64,000 nt of DNA from Terriglobia bacterium. Its GTDB lineage: Bacteria; Acidobacteriota; Polarisedimenticolia; Polarisedimenticolales; JAIQFR01. The translations under genes and the position numbers were made by a program. The notes under the pieces are model-generated. The model was not told where the DNA came from, did no database searches, and saw only the letters and a program-made list of their open reading frames with translations. The stretch is from contig CAVVHE010000005.1 of the NCBI GenBank assembly GCA_963748015.1, forward strand, positions 512,001 to 576,000, given 5' to 3'. Shown here piece after piece: positions 28,508-37,292 of this stretch (its first letter is position 1; each line of letters starts with the position of its first letter).

Positions 28508-29896
28508 ATGACGTTCATCCGCATGACGCGGCCGAGGTCGGTCGTTACCTTCGCGCTCGAGGGCGGCCTGACGTTCGTCGTCCTCTACGGCCTCGCGAAC
28601 GTGACCACGGCCGTGACGCAGGGGATCACCCGCTCCACTCCCGTCGCGCAGATCGCGGGATTGAGCTTGTTGTTCGTCCTCTGCGTCGCGCTCGCGCGAA
28701 GCGCCCGCGCCGGCGACGAGAGCAACCTGAGGCGCGAGGTCGCCTTGGCGTCGGTCGTTTCCCTGACCCTCGGGGTCGGCGCGTTCCTGGTCGATTGGAC
28801 GTTCCGAGGGACGCCTCGCCCGCTGACGGGTTTCCTCATGCTCGAGGGGGCCTTCGCCGTGCCGGCCGCGGTGGCCGCGTGGCGGTGGACGGCGATCCGG
28901 CTCAACGTGCTGGACGGGTGGCGCGAGCGGGTTCTCGTGCTCGGCACGGGGCAGAACGCCAAGCAGCTCTGCCAGTTCATCGCGCAGAACCTCGCCAACG
29001 ACTATACCGTCGTGGGCTTCGCGGACGAAAACGACTCGCGGATCGGCCAGATGCTCGCCATGGGCGTGCGGATCCAAACCGACTTCGGCTCGCTGAGCCG
29101 GTACTGCCCGAGCCATGCCGACCGGGTCATCGTCGCCCTCGACGAGAAGCGAGGGAAGCTCCCGCTCGAGCCGCTGATGCAGCTGAGGCTCGCGGGAATC
29201 GACGTCGAGGACACGACCTCGTTCATCGAGCGGACCAGCGGCAGGCTGGCCGTGGACACGATGCTCCCCTCGTGGCTGATCTTCTCCGACGGGTTCAAGA
29301 CGTCGGCGCTGCGTCTCGCGCTGAAGCGGCTGCTGGACGTGACCCTCTCGCTCATTCTCCTCGTCGTGACCGCGCCGCTCATGGCGCTGACCGCGGTGCT
29401 CGTTCGTCTCGAGAGCGGCGGCCCCGTGCTCTACCGGCAGAAGCGAATGGGACAGAACGGCCGGGAGTTCGAGGTGTTGAAGTTCCGCTCGATGGTCCAG
29501 GACGCCGAGAAGCAGTGCGGGCCGACATGGGCCCGCACCGACGACCCGCGGATTACCCGGGTGGGCTGTGTCATTCGCAAGCTCCGCATCGACGAGATCC
29601 CGCAGCTCTTCAACGTCCTCGCGGGCCAGATGAGCTTCGTCGGGCCCCGTCCGGAGCGACGGCATTTCGTCGAGCAGCTCGAGAAGCGGATTCCCTACTA
29701 CCGGCTTCGCGAGACGGTGCGGCCGGGCATCACCGGCTGGGCGCAGGTGCAGTACCAGTACGGCGCCTCCGAGGAAGACGCGCTCGAGAAGCTCAAGTAC
29801 GACCTGTACTACATCAAGAACTGCAACGCGCTGTTCGATCTCTGGATCGCGCTGAAAACGGTCAAGGTCGTTCTTCTCGGCTGCGGCGCCCGCTGA
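28508..29896 (+). CDS. Priming sugar transferase (undecaprenyl-phosphate glycosyl-phosphotransferase), TIGR03013-like
   Basis: N-terminal TM segments, 'LPSWLIFSDGF', 'KFRSM', 'DDPRITRVG', 'RIDEIPQL', 'GPRPER', 'PGITGWAQV', 'YDLYYIKN'. Confidence 0.93.
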   Translation: MTFIRMTRPRSVVTFALEGGLTFVVLYGLANVTTAVTQGITRSTPVAQIAGLSLLFVLCVALARSARAGDESNLRREVALASVVSLTLGVGAFLVDWTFRGTPRPLTGFLMLEGAFAVPAAVAAWRWTAIRLNVLDGWRERVLVLGTGQNAKQLCQFIAQNLANDYTVVGFADENDSRIGQMLAMGVRIQTDFGSLSRYCPSHADRVIVALDEKRGKLPLEPLMQLRLAGIDVEDTTSFIERTSGRLAVDTMLPSWLIFSDGFKTSALRLALKRLLDVTLSLILLVVTAPLMALTAVLVRLESGGPVLYRQKRMGQNGREFEVLKFRSMVQDAEKQCGPTWARTDDPRITRVGCVIRKLRIDEIPQLFNVLAGQMSFVGPRPERRHFVEQLEKRIPYYRLRETVRPGITGWAQVQYQYGASEEDALEKLKYDLYYIKNCNALFDLWIALKTVKVVLLGCGAR

Positions 29897-29987
29897 TCCC
29901 CGCCCGCGACCGGCTCCTCTCCGATTCACCGGATCCACCCGGCGCGCGGTAGACTGTCTCTCCCGGTCGGGCCGCGCCCGGCGCGGC

Positions 29988-31097
29988 GTGGAGGGGACGC
30001 TCCTGGAAGAGATCCGGTTCGGGTGGCTCGACGGCAGCGCCCGGGTGCGCTCGGACGACGACGCATTCGTCGCGATCGTCCGTCGCCTCTGGGGCGCGTC
30101 GCCCGCGTCGGAGGGGCCGTTCCGCGAGTACGAGATCTCCTTCGCCGATTCCGGCCGCGCGCGCTTCCGGGGCCCCGGCGGCGAGCAGCCGCTCGACGGA
30201 CGCCATCCTTCCTGGCACGCCTACAACCTCCTCATGCGGGACCTCCTGGGCTCCGTGGGCGGGCACTTCGTGTTCCACGCCTCGTCGCTCGGGGCCGGGG
30301 GGCGCGCCATGCTCCTCGCGGGGCCTTCGAACTTCGGCAAGACGACCCTCGCGGTGCACCTCGCCTTTCACGGGTACTCCCTGCTGGCGGACGATCTGAC
30401 CGTCGTGCAGCGCGGCACCGGCCGCCTGGTTCCGTTGCCCAGGTCGCTGAATTTGCGCCGCGGATCCCGTACGACGCTCGGCCCGGCGCAGCTCGACGCC
30501 CTGGCCCGCGCGGCGCGCGGGGCGGGCGGCGACGAGTGGGCGGTGGATCCCCTTGCCTTCCGCGCGCCCGTGGCCGAGCCGTTCCGCGTCGCCGCGGTGG
30601 TCCTCCTTCGCTCGGAAGGGGACGGCGTGTCGGTCCGGCGTTTCCGCTCCCACGAGATCTGGCTGCTCGAGGGGCACGAGAGCGCGGCCGACGAGATTCG
30701 GGAGCTGCGCGGCGTGCGGCGGGTGCTCACGGACGCCGGGTCGCCGGAGGTCATCCGGGTGGACGCGGAGGAAGCCGCTCCCCTGACCCGCTGGCTGCGC
30801 GACCATCACGAGATCGTCGTCGCGTCGATCAAGCTTCCCGATCGCGCGCCGGACTTCTCCAAGAGATCGCGGGCGGTCCCGATCGGGCCGTTCCAGGCCG
30901 CGCTCGAGCTGGGCCAGGAGATGCTCAACCGGCACCAGGGGAGCATCCTCGCGAGGGAATTCGAAGGACGCGAGACGCACCTCGTCGCCGAGATCTCGGG
31001 CCTCCTCGAGGAGTCGCGGTGCTTGGCACTCTGGCCGGGACGCCCCGAAGAGGCGCTCGAGCTGTTGAGCGACGTCTTGGAGAAGTCGGACGACTGA
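29988..31097 (+). CDS. HPr kinase-related P-loop protein
   Basis: 'FHAS', Walker A 'AGPSNFGKTTL', 'LLADD' signature of HPrK-like kinases. Confidence 0.75.
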   Translation: MEGTLLEEIRFGWLDGSARVRSDDDAFVAIVRRLWGASPASEGPFREYEISFADSGRARFRGPGGEQPLDGRHPSWHAYNLLMRDLLGSVGGHFVFHASSLGAGGRAMLLAGPSNFGKTTLAVHLAFHGYSLLADDLTVVQRGTGRLVPLPRSLNLRRGSRTTLGPAQLDALARAARGAGGDEWAVDPLAFRAPVAEPFRVAAVVLLRSEGDGVSVRRFRSHEIWLLEGHESAADEIRELRGVRRVLTDAGSPEVIRVDAEEAAPLTRWLRDHHEIVVASIKLPDRAPDFSKRSRAVPIGPFQAALELGQEMLNRHQGSILAREFEGRETHLVAEISGLLEESRCLALWPGRPEEALELLSDVLEKSDD

Positions 31098-31120
31098 CCG
31101 CGAACCGGAGGATCGAGCCG

Positions 31121-31393
31121 ATGTTGCCTGACCATGCGCGGCCGCGGCCGACGCGGACCCATCACGAGAAGGACCTCGCCGGAGAGTACCTGTTCTACGA
31201 CCATGGCGGAGACCAGGTCCACGTCCTGAACGGCACCGCGCGCGAGATCTACCTGCTCTGCGACGGGAGCCGGACGCTCGACGCGATCACCCGGTCGTTC
31301 GCGGAAACGTACGCCGTGGGCGAGGCGACGTCCCGGACGGACGTCTCGGCGGTGATCTCGGAGCTCGTCGAGCGGGGCCTGCTCGCCGTCTAG
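31121..31393 (+). CDS. PqqD family protein (RiPP recognition element)
   Basis: 90 aa with 'VHVLNGTAREIYLLCDGSRTL...DVSAVISELVERGLL'. Confidence 0.88.
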   Translation: MLPDHARPRPTRTHHEKDLAGEYLFYDHGGDQVHVLNGTAREIYLLCDGSRTLDAITRSFAETYAVGEATSRTDVSAVISELVERGLLAV

Positions 31394-31399
31394 TCACGC

Positions 31400-31647
31400 C
31401 GCGCCCGGGTCGCTCGCATTCGAGTTCGACCCGAAGCGGCCCTCTTTTCTCGCGGCCGGTTCTTCCATTGAAGGCCGCGAGAAAAGCGAAGCGAGGCTGT
31501 AGGTCGATACTCAGCTTCCCTTCAGCCGAGGTCGCCAGCCCTTGGCCGCGGGACAAGGGCTGGCAACTGGCGGCGCGGCGACCTTGCGCCGCGATCCGCC
31601 GAAGCGTGCCGCGCGGGTCGAACTCGAATGCGAGCGACCCGGGCGCG
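31400..31647. repeat. Structured intergenic element, copy A (34-bp perfect terminal inverted repeat plus internal hairpins)
   Basis: 31400-31433 is the reverse complement of 31614-31647; homologous to 42979-43153. Confidence 0.85.
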
Positions 31648-31654
31648 TACCTTG

Positions 31655-32278
31655 TTAGGCGCTGGCCGTTTCCGTGTGGGCGGACTCGTTCAGGAGGCGC
31701 AGGACCTCGAGGCGGAAGTGCTCGAGCTGAAGCGGCTTGATGAGGCAGAGATCGGCTCCCGCGTCGTACATCCGCCGGATGATGTCCTGCTCCGGGAACG
31801 CGGTGATCGCGAGGATCCTGATTCCCTTGGTCTCGGGGTTCTGGCGGATCGAGCGGCAGAGCGATAGGCCGTCGACGCGCGGCATTCGCACGTCCATGAC
31901 GATGAGATCGGGGCGCAGGGTCCCGATCTTGATCCCCGCGTCGTAGCCGTCGACGGCTTCCTCGATCTTCAGCCCGGGCTCCACCTCGGTCAGGACGCGG
32001 CGAACGATCTCGCGGATGTCCTCCTCGTCGTCCACGACGAGGACCGTGCGGGTCTTCTGGGCCCCCTTGAAGAAGGCCTCGTCGATCGGGATGTCGAACT
32101 TCTGGAGGAACGCCCGGAAATCGTCCATGGCGACCCGGTAGTGGCCGCCCGGCGTCGAGAAGGCCCTGAGCTTCCCGGACTTGATCCACTTGAGCACGCC
32201 ATCGTTGGTCACGGCGCAATACCGCGCGACCTCGGAGGTCGTGAAGAAGCGCCGCCCGTTCTCCGTCTCGCTCCCCAT
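31655..32278 (-). CDS. Response regulator with N-terminal excisionase-like (HTH_17) domain
   Basis: 'FTTSEVARYC...WIKSGKLRAFSTPGGHYR' plus a REC domain 'VLVVDD...MDVRMP...KP'. Confidence 0.88.
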   Translation of the reverse strand: MGSETENGRRFFTTSEVARYCAVTNDGVLKWIKSGKLRAFSTPGGHYRVAMDDFRAFLQKFDIPIDEAFFKGAQKTRTVLVVDDEEDIREIVRRVLTEVEPGLKIEEAVDGYDAGIKIGTLRPDLIVMDVRMPRVDGLSLCRSIRQNPETKGIRILAITAFPEQDIIRRMYDAGADLCLIKPLQLEHFRLEVLRLLNESAHTETASA

Positions 32279-32488
32279 GGCGCAACTCCTCATCTTGCGT
32301 GTTTCCGCGTTATCGGGTCTTTCAGGAAGCAATATAAAGTCAGCGATTCAACTATGCAAATGACGAATTACATATTTGCATCATGCCGGAAGTGTTGGGG
32401 CACGAAGCGTTGACGGGGTCCCGGGGGGGATGGTAATATCCGGGTTTGCCTCGCGGAGTAGCGCATCGCAGGCCGGGATCGACCGGAA

Positions 32489-32565
32489 CGGACCGTAGCT
32501 CAGCTGGATAGAGCGACTGGCTACGAACCAGTAGGTCGGGGGTTCGAATCCCTCCGGTCCGACCA
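32489..32565 (+). tRNA. tRNA-Arg(ACG)
   Basis: Cloverleaf: acceptor CGGACCG/CGGTCCG, anticodon arm ACTGG-ctACGaa-CCAGT, GTTCGAAT, encoded CCA. Confidence 0.97.
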
Positions 32566-32614
32566 GATCCCAGCGGTGGGGTGTAGGTTTCTCCGGAAAC
32601 GGCCAGGGGAAGCG

Positions 32615-33127
32615 ATGGACGAGCGGTTCATGGAGATCGCGCTCGAGGAAGCCGTCCTTGCGCGCCTGGCCGGCGAGGTCCCGGTGGGGGCGGTCGTGGT
32701 CCTCTCCGGGGAGATCGTGGGCCAGAGCCACAATTCCGTCCTCGCCCTCACCGATCCGTCGGCCCACGCCGAGGTGCTTGCGATGAGGGCGGCGGCGGCC
32801 CGTGTGGGGAATTACCGGCTCAACGGGGCCAGCCTCTACTGCACCGTCGAGCCGTGCCTGATGTGCCTCGGCACCGCGATGCACGCGCGGATCGCGCGCG
32901 TGGTCTATGGCGCGCCGGACCTCCGGGTGGGTGCCATCGGCCGTCTTTCGGCGCTGCGCGGCGCCGGAGCCGACTTCAACCACCGGTTCGAGGTGGTGGG
33001 CGGCATCCTGGCCGACAGGGCGGCCGAGTTGCTGCTCGACTTCTTCAGGGAGAAGCGGGCAGCCATGAGAATTCAGGCTTCGATCGCGACGTTCGAGGAG
33101 AGCGGAGAGGTACCGAAGTGGTCGTAA
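32615..33127 (+). CDS. tadA: tRNA adenosine(34) deaminase
   Basis: 'GEVPVGAV', 'DPSAHAE', 'EPCLMC', 'FNHR'. Confidence 0.95.
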   Translation: MDERFMEIALEEAVLARLAGEVPVGAVVVLSGEIVGQSHNSVLALTDPSAHAEVLAMRAAAARVGNYRLNGASLYCTVEPCLMCLGTAMHARIARVVYGAPDLRVGAIGRLSALRGAGADFNHRFEVVGGILADRAAELLLDFFREKRAAMRIQASIATFEESGEVPKWS

Positions 33128-33196
33128 CGGGGCCGCCTCGAAAGCGGCTTGTCTCCGTGAGGAGGCACGTGGGTTCGAATCCCACCCTCTCCGCCA
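33104..33196 (+). tRNA. tRNA-Ser(CGA)
   Basis: GGAGAGG/CCTCTCC acceptor, GCCGC-ctCGAaa-GCGGC, long variable arm, GCCA end. Confidence 0.95.
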
Positions 33197-33276
33197 GCAA
33201 GGGATTCGTCGGAGGCCGGAGGTAGAGGTCGTCGCGCTGACCTCCGGACGTCGAAGAGGATGGTTGGAACAGCCTC

Positions 33277-33366
33277 GGAGAGATGACCGAGTGGCTGAAG
33301 GTGCACGCTTGGAAAGCGTGTGTACGGGTAACCGTACCGTGGGTTCGAATCCCACTCTCTCCGCCA
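33277..33366 (+). tRNA. tRNA-Ser(GGA)
   Basis: GGAGAGA/TCTCTCC acceptor, CACGC-ttGGAaa-GCGTG, long variable arm, GCCA end. Confidence 0.96.
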
Positions 33367-33411
33367 CCGAAGGATGCGTCCCGCGTCGAGCGACGCGGAA
33401 CTAGGAATTGC

Positions 33412-33514
33412 GGGGCCCGAGCCCTGTGCACTGCGGTTCCGCGAACCCCGCCAGGCCCGGAAGGGAGCAACGGTAAGCGGGCCGCCGCAGGTGCCGCAGG
33501 TCAACTTGGGCCCC
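33412..33514 (+). ncRNA. ffs: Signal recognition particle RNA (small bacterial SRP)
   Basis: Helix-8 motif CCAGGCCCGGAAGGGAGCA inside a long hairpin (GGGGCCC...GGGCCCC); typical position upstream of dnaX. Confidence 0.93.
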
Positions 33515-33620
33515 ATCAGCGGAGCCGGGTGTCGGGGACGAGGGGTCGTCGCTTCGCGGCGGCTCCCGTCCTCGGCCCGCGGCGCTCGGTCCGGGAAACG
33601 ATCGAGCGCGTCGGAGAGCC

Positions 33621-35438
33621 GTGACGTACCAGGTCCTGGCCCGCAAATGGCGGCCGCAGCGGCTCGAGGAGCTGGTCGGGCAGCAGCACGTCGCCCGGAC
33701 GCTTCGGAACGCCATCGAGGCGAACCGGCTCGCGCACGCGTACGTCTTTGCAGGGATTCGCGGGACCGGCAAGACCACCGTCGCCCGCATCCTCGCGAAG
33801 TGCCTCAACTGCGAGAGCGGGCCGACCCCCACCCCGTGCGGCGAGTGCGCTTCGTGCCGCGAGATCGTCGACGGCCACTCGATGGACGTGCTCGAGATGG
33901 ACGCCGCGTCGAGGACGGGTGTCGACGACATCCGCGAGCTGCAGGAGGTAGTCGCCTACGCGCCGGTCCGGGATCGTTACAAGATCCTGATCCTCGACGA
34001 AGCGCACATGCTCTCGAAGCCCGCGGTGAACGCCCTCCTCAAGACGCTCGAAGAGCCGCCGCCCCGCGTGGTCTTCGTGCTGGCGACGACGGAGTTGCAG
34101 AAGCTCCTGCCGACGATCCTCTCCCGCTGCCAGGTCTTCGAATTCCGGCGCGTCGCGCCGAGGGAGGTCGCCGCGCACCTCCGTAAGGTCTGCGACAGCG
34201 GCGGGTTCCGGATCTCCGAACGGACGCTCGACAGGATCGCGCGCGCGGGGGAGGGATCCGTGCGGGATTCCCTCTCGGTGCTCGAGCGCGTTCTGGCCTT
34301 CTGCGGCGACACGGTCGAGGACGAGCAGGCGCTCGCGGTCCTCGGCGCGGTTCGCACCGAGACGCTGGTCGGAATGGTCCGGGGTCTCGCGGGCCGCGAT
34401 GCCGCCGAGATGCTGGGGCTGCTCGACGCGCTGGCGGCGGAGGGGCACGACCTCCTCCACTTCTGGGGGGAGATGATCGCGGTACTCCGCGACCTGATCC
34501 TCCTCCGGACGCTCCCCGAGCGCCAGGACCTTCTGTCCCGGGGAAGCGAGGAGGCGCGGGCGCTGGCGGAGGCCGCGGAAGGGCTCTCGCGGGAGGACCT
34601 CTCCCGGGCGTTCCAGATCCTCGCCGACCTCGAGCCGGGCCTCAAGGGATCGAGCCAGCCGCGCTTCCTCTTCGAGGCCGCGCTCGTGCGGCTCGCGAGT
34701 CTCGGCGCCGTGACGCCGATCGAGGAGCTGCTCGCGGCGTTCGGCGCCGGCACCGGCGGGGATCGGCGGGTTCCGGCTCCCTCCCCCGCCCCCCGCGCCC
34801 CCGTGCCCGCCGCTCCGGCTCAAAAAAAAAAGACCGCTGAGCCAGCGCTGACAGCGAAGCCTGCCGGCGGCCGCGAGGCGGATCCTCCGGCTCCGGTGGC
34901 CGCCGCTCCCCCGCCGGTCGCGAGCGCCCCGGTCCGCGACGAAGGCGCGGTCGAGCGTTTCCGCGCGGCGGTATCGGAATCGAGCGGCATGCTCGGAGCG
35001 TCCCTCACGCAGGCGGCCTCCGTCGCGCTGGAAGATGGCGCGATCCTCATCGCCTACCCTCCCGCGCTCGACGGGATCCGGAAGGTGGTCGAGCGAGAGG
35101 AGAATCTCGCGACGCTCCGCCGCTGCGCGCTCGGGTCTTTCGGCAGGCCGCTCGAGGTGCGGATCGAGGCGGCTGCCGCGGCCGTACGGGGGGAACCGCG
35201 GAGGGAGGCGCCGCCCGTCACGGCGGCGCCTGCCGCGCCGCCGCGGCCGAAGGCGACCGTCGCCCAGCCGGCGCCCGCGGCGCGCGACGACTCGTCCTCG
35301 CTTCTGGACAAAGCCCGGTCGGAGCCGGCGATCCGCAAGCTCCTCTCCGAATTCGGGGCGCAGGTGATCGAGATCCGCCCGCTGGAGGCCGTGCGGCCGG
35401 CGGAATCCGCGGCCGACGGGCCGGAGGAGACCCCATGA
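33621..35438 (+). CDS. dnaX: DNA polymerase III subunit gamma/tau
   Basis: 'YQVLARKWRPQ', 'GIRGTGKTT', Zn cysteines, 'DEAHML', 'TILSRC'. Confidence 0.97.
   Translation: MTYQVLARKWRPQRLEELVGQQHVARTLRNAIEANRLAHAYVFAGIRGTGKTTVARILAKCLNCESGPTPTPCGECASCREIVDGHSMDVLEMDAASRTGVDDIRELQEVVAYAPVRDRYKILILDEAHMLSKPAVNALLKTLEEPPPRVVFVLATTELQKLLPTILSRCQVFEFRRVAPREVAAHLRKVCDSGGFRISERTLDRIARAGEGSVRDSLSVLERVLAFCGDTVEDEQALAVLGAVRTETLVGMVRGLAGRDAAEMLGLLDALAAEGHDLLHFWGEMIAVLRDLILLRTLPERQDLLSRGSEEARALAEAAEGLSREDLSRAFQILADLEPGLKGSSQPRFLFEAALVRLASLGAVTPIEELLAAFGAGTGGDRRVPAPSPAPRAPVPAAPAQKKKTAEPALTAKPAGGREADPPAPVAAAPPPVASAPVRDEGAVERFRAAVSESSGMLGASLTQAASVALEDGAILIAYPPALDGIRKVVEREENLATLRRCALGSFGRPLEVRIEAAAAAVRGEPRREAPPVTAAPAAPPRPKATVAQPAPAARDDSSSLLDKARSEPAIRKLLSEFGAQVIEIRPLEAVRPAESAADGPEETP
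34822..34851 (+). other. A10-G slippery site in dnaX (candidate gamma-subunit frameshift/slippage signal)
   Basis: CAA AAA AAA AAG in frame; TGA in the -1 frame at 34838-34840 and in the +1 frame at 34849-34851. Confidence 0.75.
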
Positions 35439-35734
35439 ACCTGGGAAAGATGATGAAGGACCTGCAGAAGATGCAGGAGAAGCTGCAGGTGGAAGTGGAA
35501 ACGCTGGAGGTCGAAGCGACCGCCGGCGGCGGCGTGGTCACCGCGAGAATGAACGGGAAGAAGCAGCTCGTGTCCCTGCACCTGGCGCCCGAAGCGATCA
35601 CCCCCGACGATCCGGGCATGGTCGAGGACCTGGTCCTCGCGGCCGTGAACGAGGCGGGGCGCAAGGTGGACGCCGAGGTCGAGCGGCTGACGCAGGGAAT
35701 GACCGCGGGGCTCAAGATCCCCGGAATGCGATAG
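35435..35734 (+). CDS. ybaB: YbaB/EbfC nucleoid-associated protein
   Basis: 'EATAGGGVV', '[13 protein letters not shown]'; lies between dnaX and recR. Confidence 0.95.
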   Translation: MNLGKMMKDLQKMQEKLQVEVETLEVEATAGGGVVTARMNGKKQLVSLHLAPEAITPDDPGMVEDLVLAAVNEAGRKVDAEVERLTQGMTAGLKIPGMR

Positions 35735-35741
35735 GCACTCC

Positions 35742-36341
35742 GTGACCGCGCTGCCCCCCGCGCTCGAGCGGATGATCGCCGAGCTCTCGAAGCTCCCCGG
35801 CGTGGGGACGAAGACCGCGCAGCGCCTGGCGTTCCATCTCCTGCGGGCACCCCGCGAGGACGTCTTCGCCCTGTCCGACGCGATCCGGGAGCTGCGCGAC
35901 CGGCTGCGCTTCTGCTCGGTTTGCTTCAACATCGCCGAGGGCGAGCTGTGCCCGGTCTGCTCCGACCCGCGCCGCGACCGTACGGCGGTCTGCGTCGTGG
36001 AGGAGCCCGCGAACCTCACCTCCATCGAGCGGACCCACTCCTTCCACGGCGTCTACCACGTGCTCGGCGGAGCCCTTTCGCCGCTCAAGGACGTCGGGCC
36101 CGACGACCTCCACATCCGCGAGCTGGTGGAGCGCACCCGCAAGGAGGGGTTCCGTGAGGTCGTCCTCGCGACCAACCCCGACGTGGAGGGCGAGGCCACC
36201 GCCGTCTACCTCTCCCGCCTGCTGAAGCCTCTCGGCGTCGCGGTCACCCGGCTCGCGCAGGGCCTCCCCGCCGGCGCCGACCTCGAGTTCACCGACGACC
36301 TCACCCTGACCCGCGCCTTCGAGGGCCGCCGGGAGTTCTGA
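35742..36341 (+). CDS. recR: Recombination protein RecR
   Basis: '[13 protein letters not shown]', C4 Zn finger, 'YHVLGG', 'EGEATA'. Confidence 0.97.
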   Translation: MTALPPALERMIAELSKLPGVGTKTAQRLAFHLLRAPREDVFALSDAIRELRDRLRFCSVCFNIAEGELCPVCSDPRRDRTAVCVVEEPANLTSIERTHSFHGVYHVLGGALSPLKDVGPDDLHIRELVERTRKEGFREVVLATNPDVEGEATAVYLSRLLKPLGVAVTRLAQGLPAGADLEFTDDLTLTRAFEGRREF

Positions 36342-36361
36342 CCTGAAAACGCTGCCGCTCC

Positions 36362-36672
36362 CTCGGCTCCGGTGCGCGGCGTTCAGGGATCCCTCCCAGC
36401 GACGTCGGCAGGAGCGCGTCCGCGCTTTCGGCGCGCGGACGCGCGATGCCAGAGCGAGGAGCGAGGCGCAACGCCGAGCGACGAGCGCTCGCGGGGAGGG
36501 ATCCCTGAGCGCCGCGCACCGGAGCCGAGCGCTCGCGGGAAGGGACCCCCTGAACCCGGACCCTGGAGGTCGACGCCGTTCGGTAGGCGCTCGCGGGGAG
36601 GGATGTCCGACCGCCGCGACCCGGAGCCGAGCGCGCGCAGGGGGTGTCCCCAGAACCCGGGACCGGAAGACG
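36362..36672. repeat. REP-like cluster: 36-bp inverted repeat plus four degenerate ~43-bp direct units
   Basis: 36362-36397 pairs with 36494-36529 (one G-U); GCGCTCGCGGGGAGGGAT-like units begin near 36485, 36529, 36587 and 36631. Confidence 0.75.
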
Positions 36673-36766
36673 ATTTCGGCTCCGACTTGCCTCGGCACGA
36701 GATGGGGCGTTAGATTAGCGCCGTTCGCCCGGCGACGTCCGCCGGGGGGAGGTCCCTGCGGGTTCC

Positions 36767-37261
36767 ATGGCTGTCGCCGATCTCGTCCTCCTCGAGTCCG
36801 ACCACGCCCGGCTCGTGGCCGTGTTGGAGCGGCTCCGCCAGGACTCCAACTCGAAGCTCGTTTTCCTGCTGGACAAGAACGGCCAGCAGATGGCCCTCTC
36901 CGGGAACGCCGACTCGATCGATATCACCTCGCTCGCGTCGCTCACCGCGGGGAACGTCGCGGCCACGGACGGGCTGGCGAAGCTCGTCGGCGAGCGCGAG
37001 TTCTCGATCCTCTTCCACGAGGGGGAGCACGACAACCTCCACATCAACGTGGTGGGGGGGAGCGCGATCCTCCTGGTGCTCTTCGATCTCCGGTCGTCGC
37101 TCGGCCTGGTGAGGCTCAGGGTCAAGAAGGCGACCGTCGAGCTCGGCGCGGTCCTGGACGAGGTGGTGGCGCGCGCCGAGGCGCTGCGGGCGGGCGCGGC
37201 CGGCGCGCGCTCGCCGTTCGCCGAGATCACCGACGAAGATATCGACGCCCTCTTCAATTGA
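36767..37261 (+). CDS. mglB: Roadblock/LC7 GTPase-activating protein MglB
   Basis: 'LLDKNGQ', 'SLASLTAGNVAATDGLAKLVGE-EFSILFHEGE', 'SSLGLVRLRV', 'PFAEITDEDIDALF'. Confidence 0.95.
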   Translation: MAVADLVLLESDHARLVAVLERLRQDSNSKLVFLLDKNGQQMALSGNADSIDITSLASLTAGNVAATDGLAKLVGEREFSILFHEGEHDNLHINVVGGSAILLVLFDLRSSLGLVRLRVKKATVELGAVLDEVVARAEALRAGAAGARSPFAEITDEDIDALFN

Positions 37262-37292
37262 CTCGGTTCGGCCGTAGTATCATCCGCTACCG

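Noticed and set aside
17397..31393. Complete lasso peptide gene cluster
   Set aside because: AsnB-like, RRE, kinase and nucleotidyltransferase genes are present, but I found no transglutaminase-like leader peptidase and no precursor with a T-x-G...D/E pattern.
1..31393. Exosortase or PEP-CTERM proteins
   Set aside because: No PEP-TM-basic tail or exosortase ORF was seen. They could lie left of the window, so absence from the genome is not established.
31655..33366. Prophage or integrative element at the tRNA cluster (excisionase-like HTH)
   Set aside because: The HTH is fused to a receiver domain; no integrase, att duplication or phage genes were seen.
36485..36672. CRISPR array
   Set aside because: Units are degenerate, mostly contiguous without unique spacers, and there are no cas genes.
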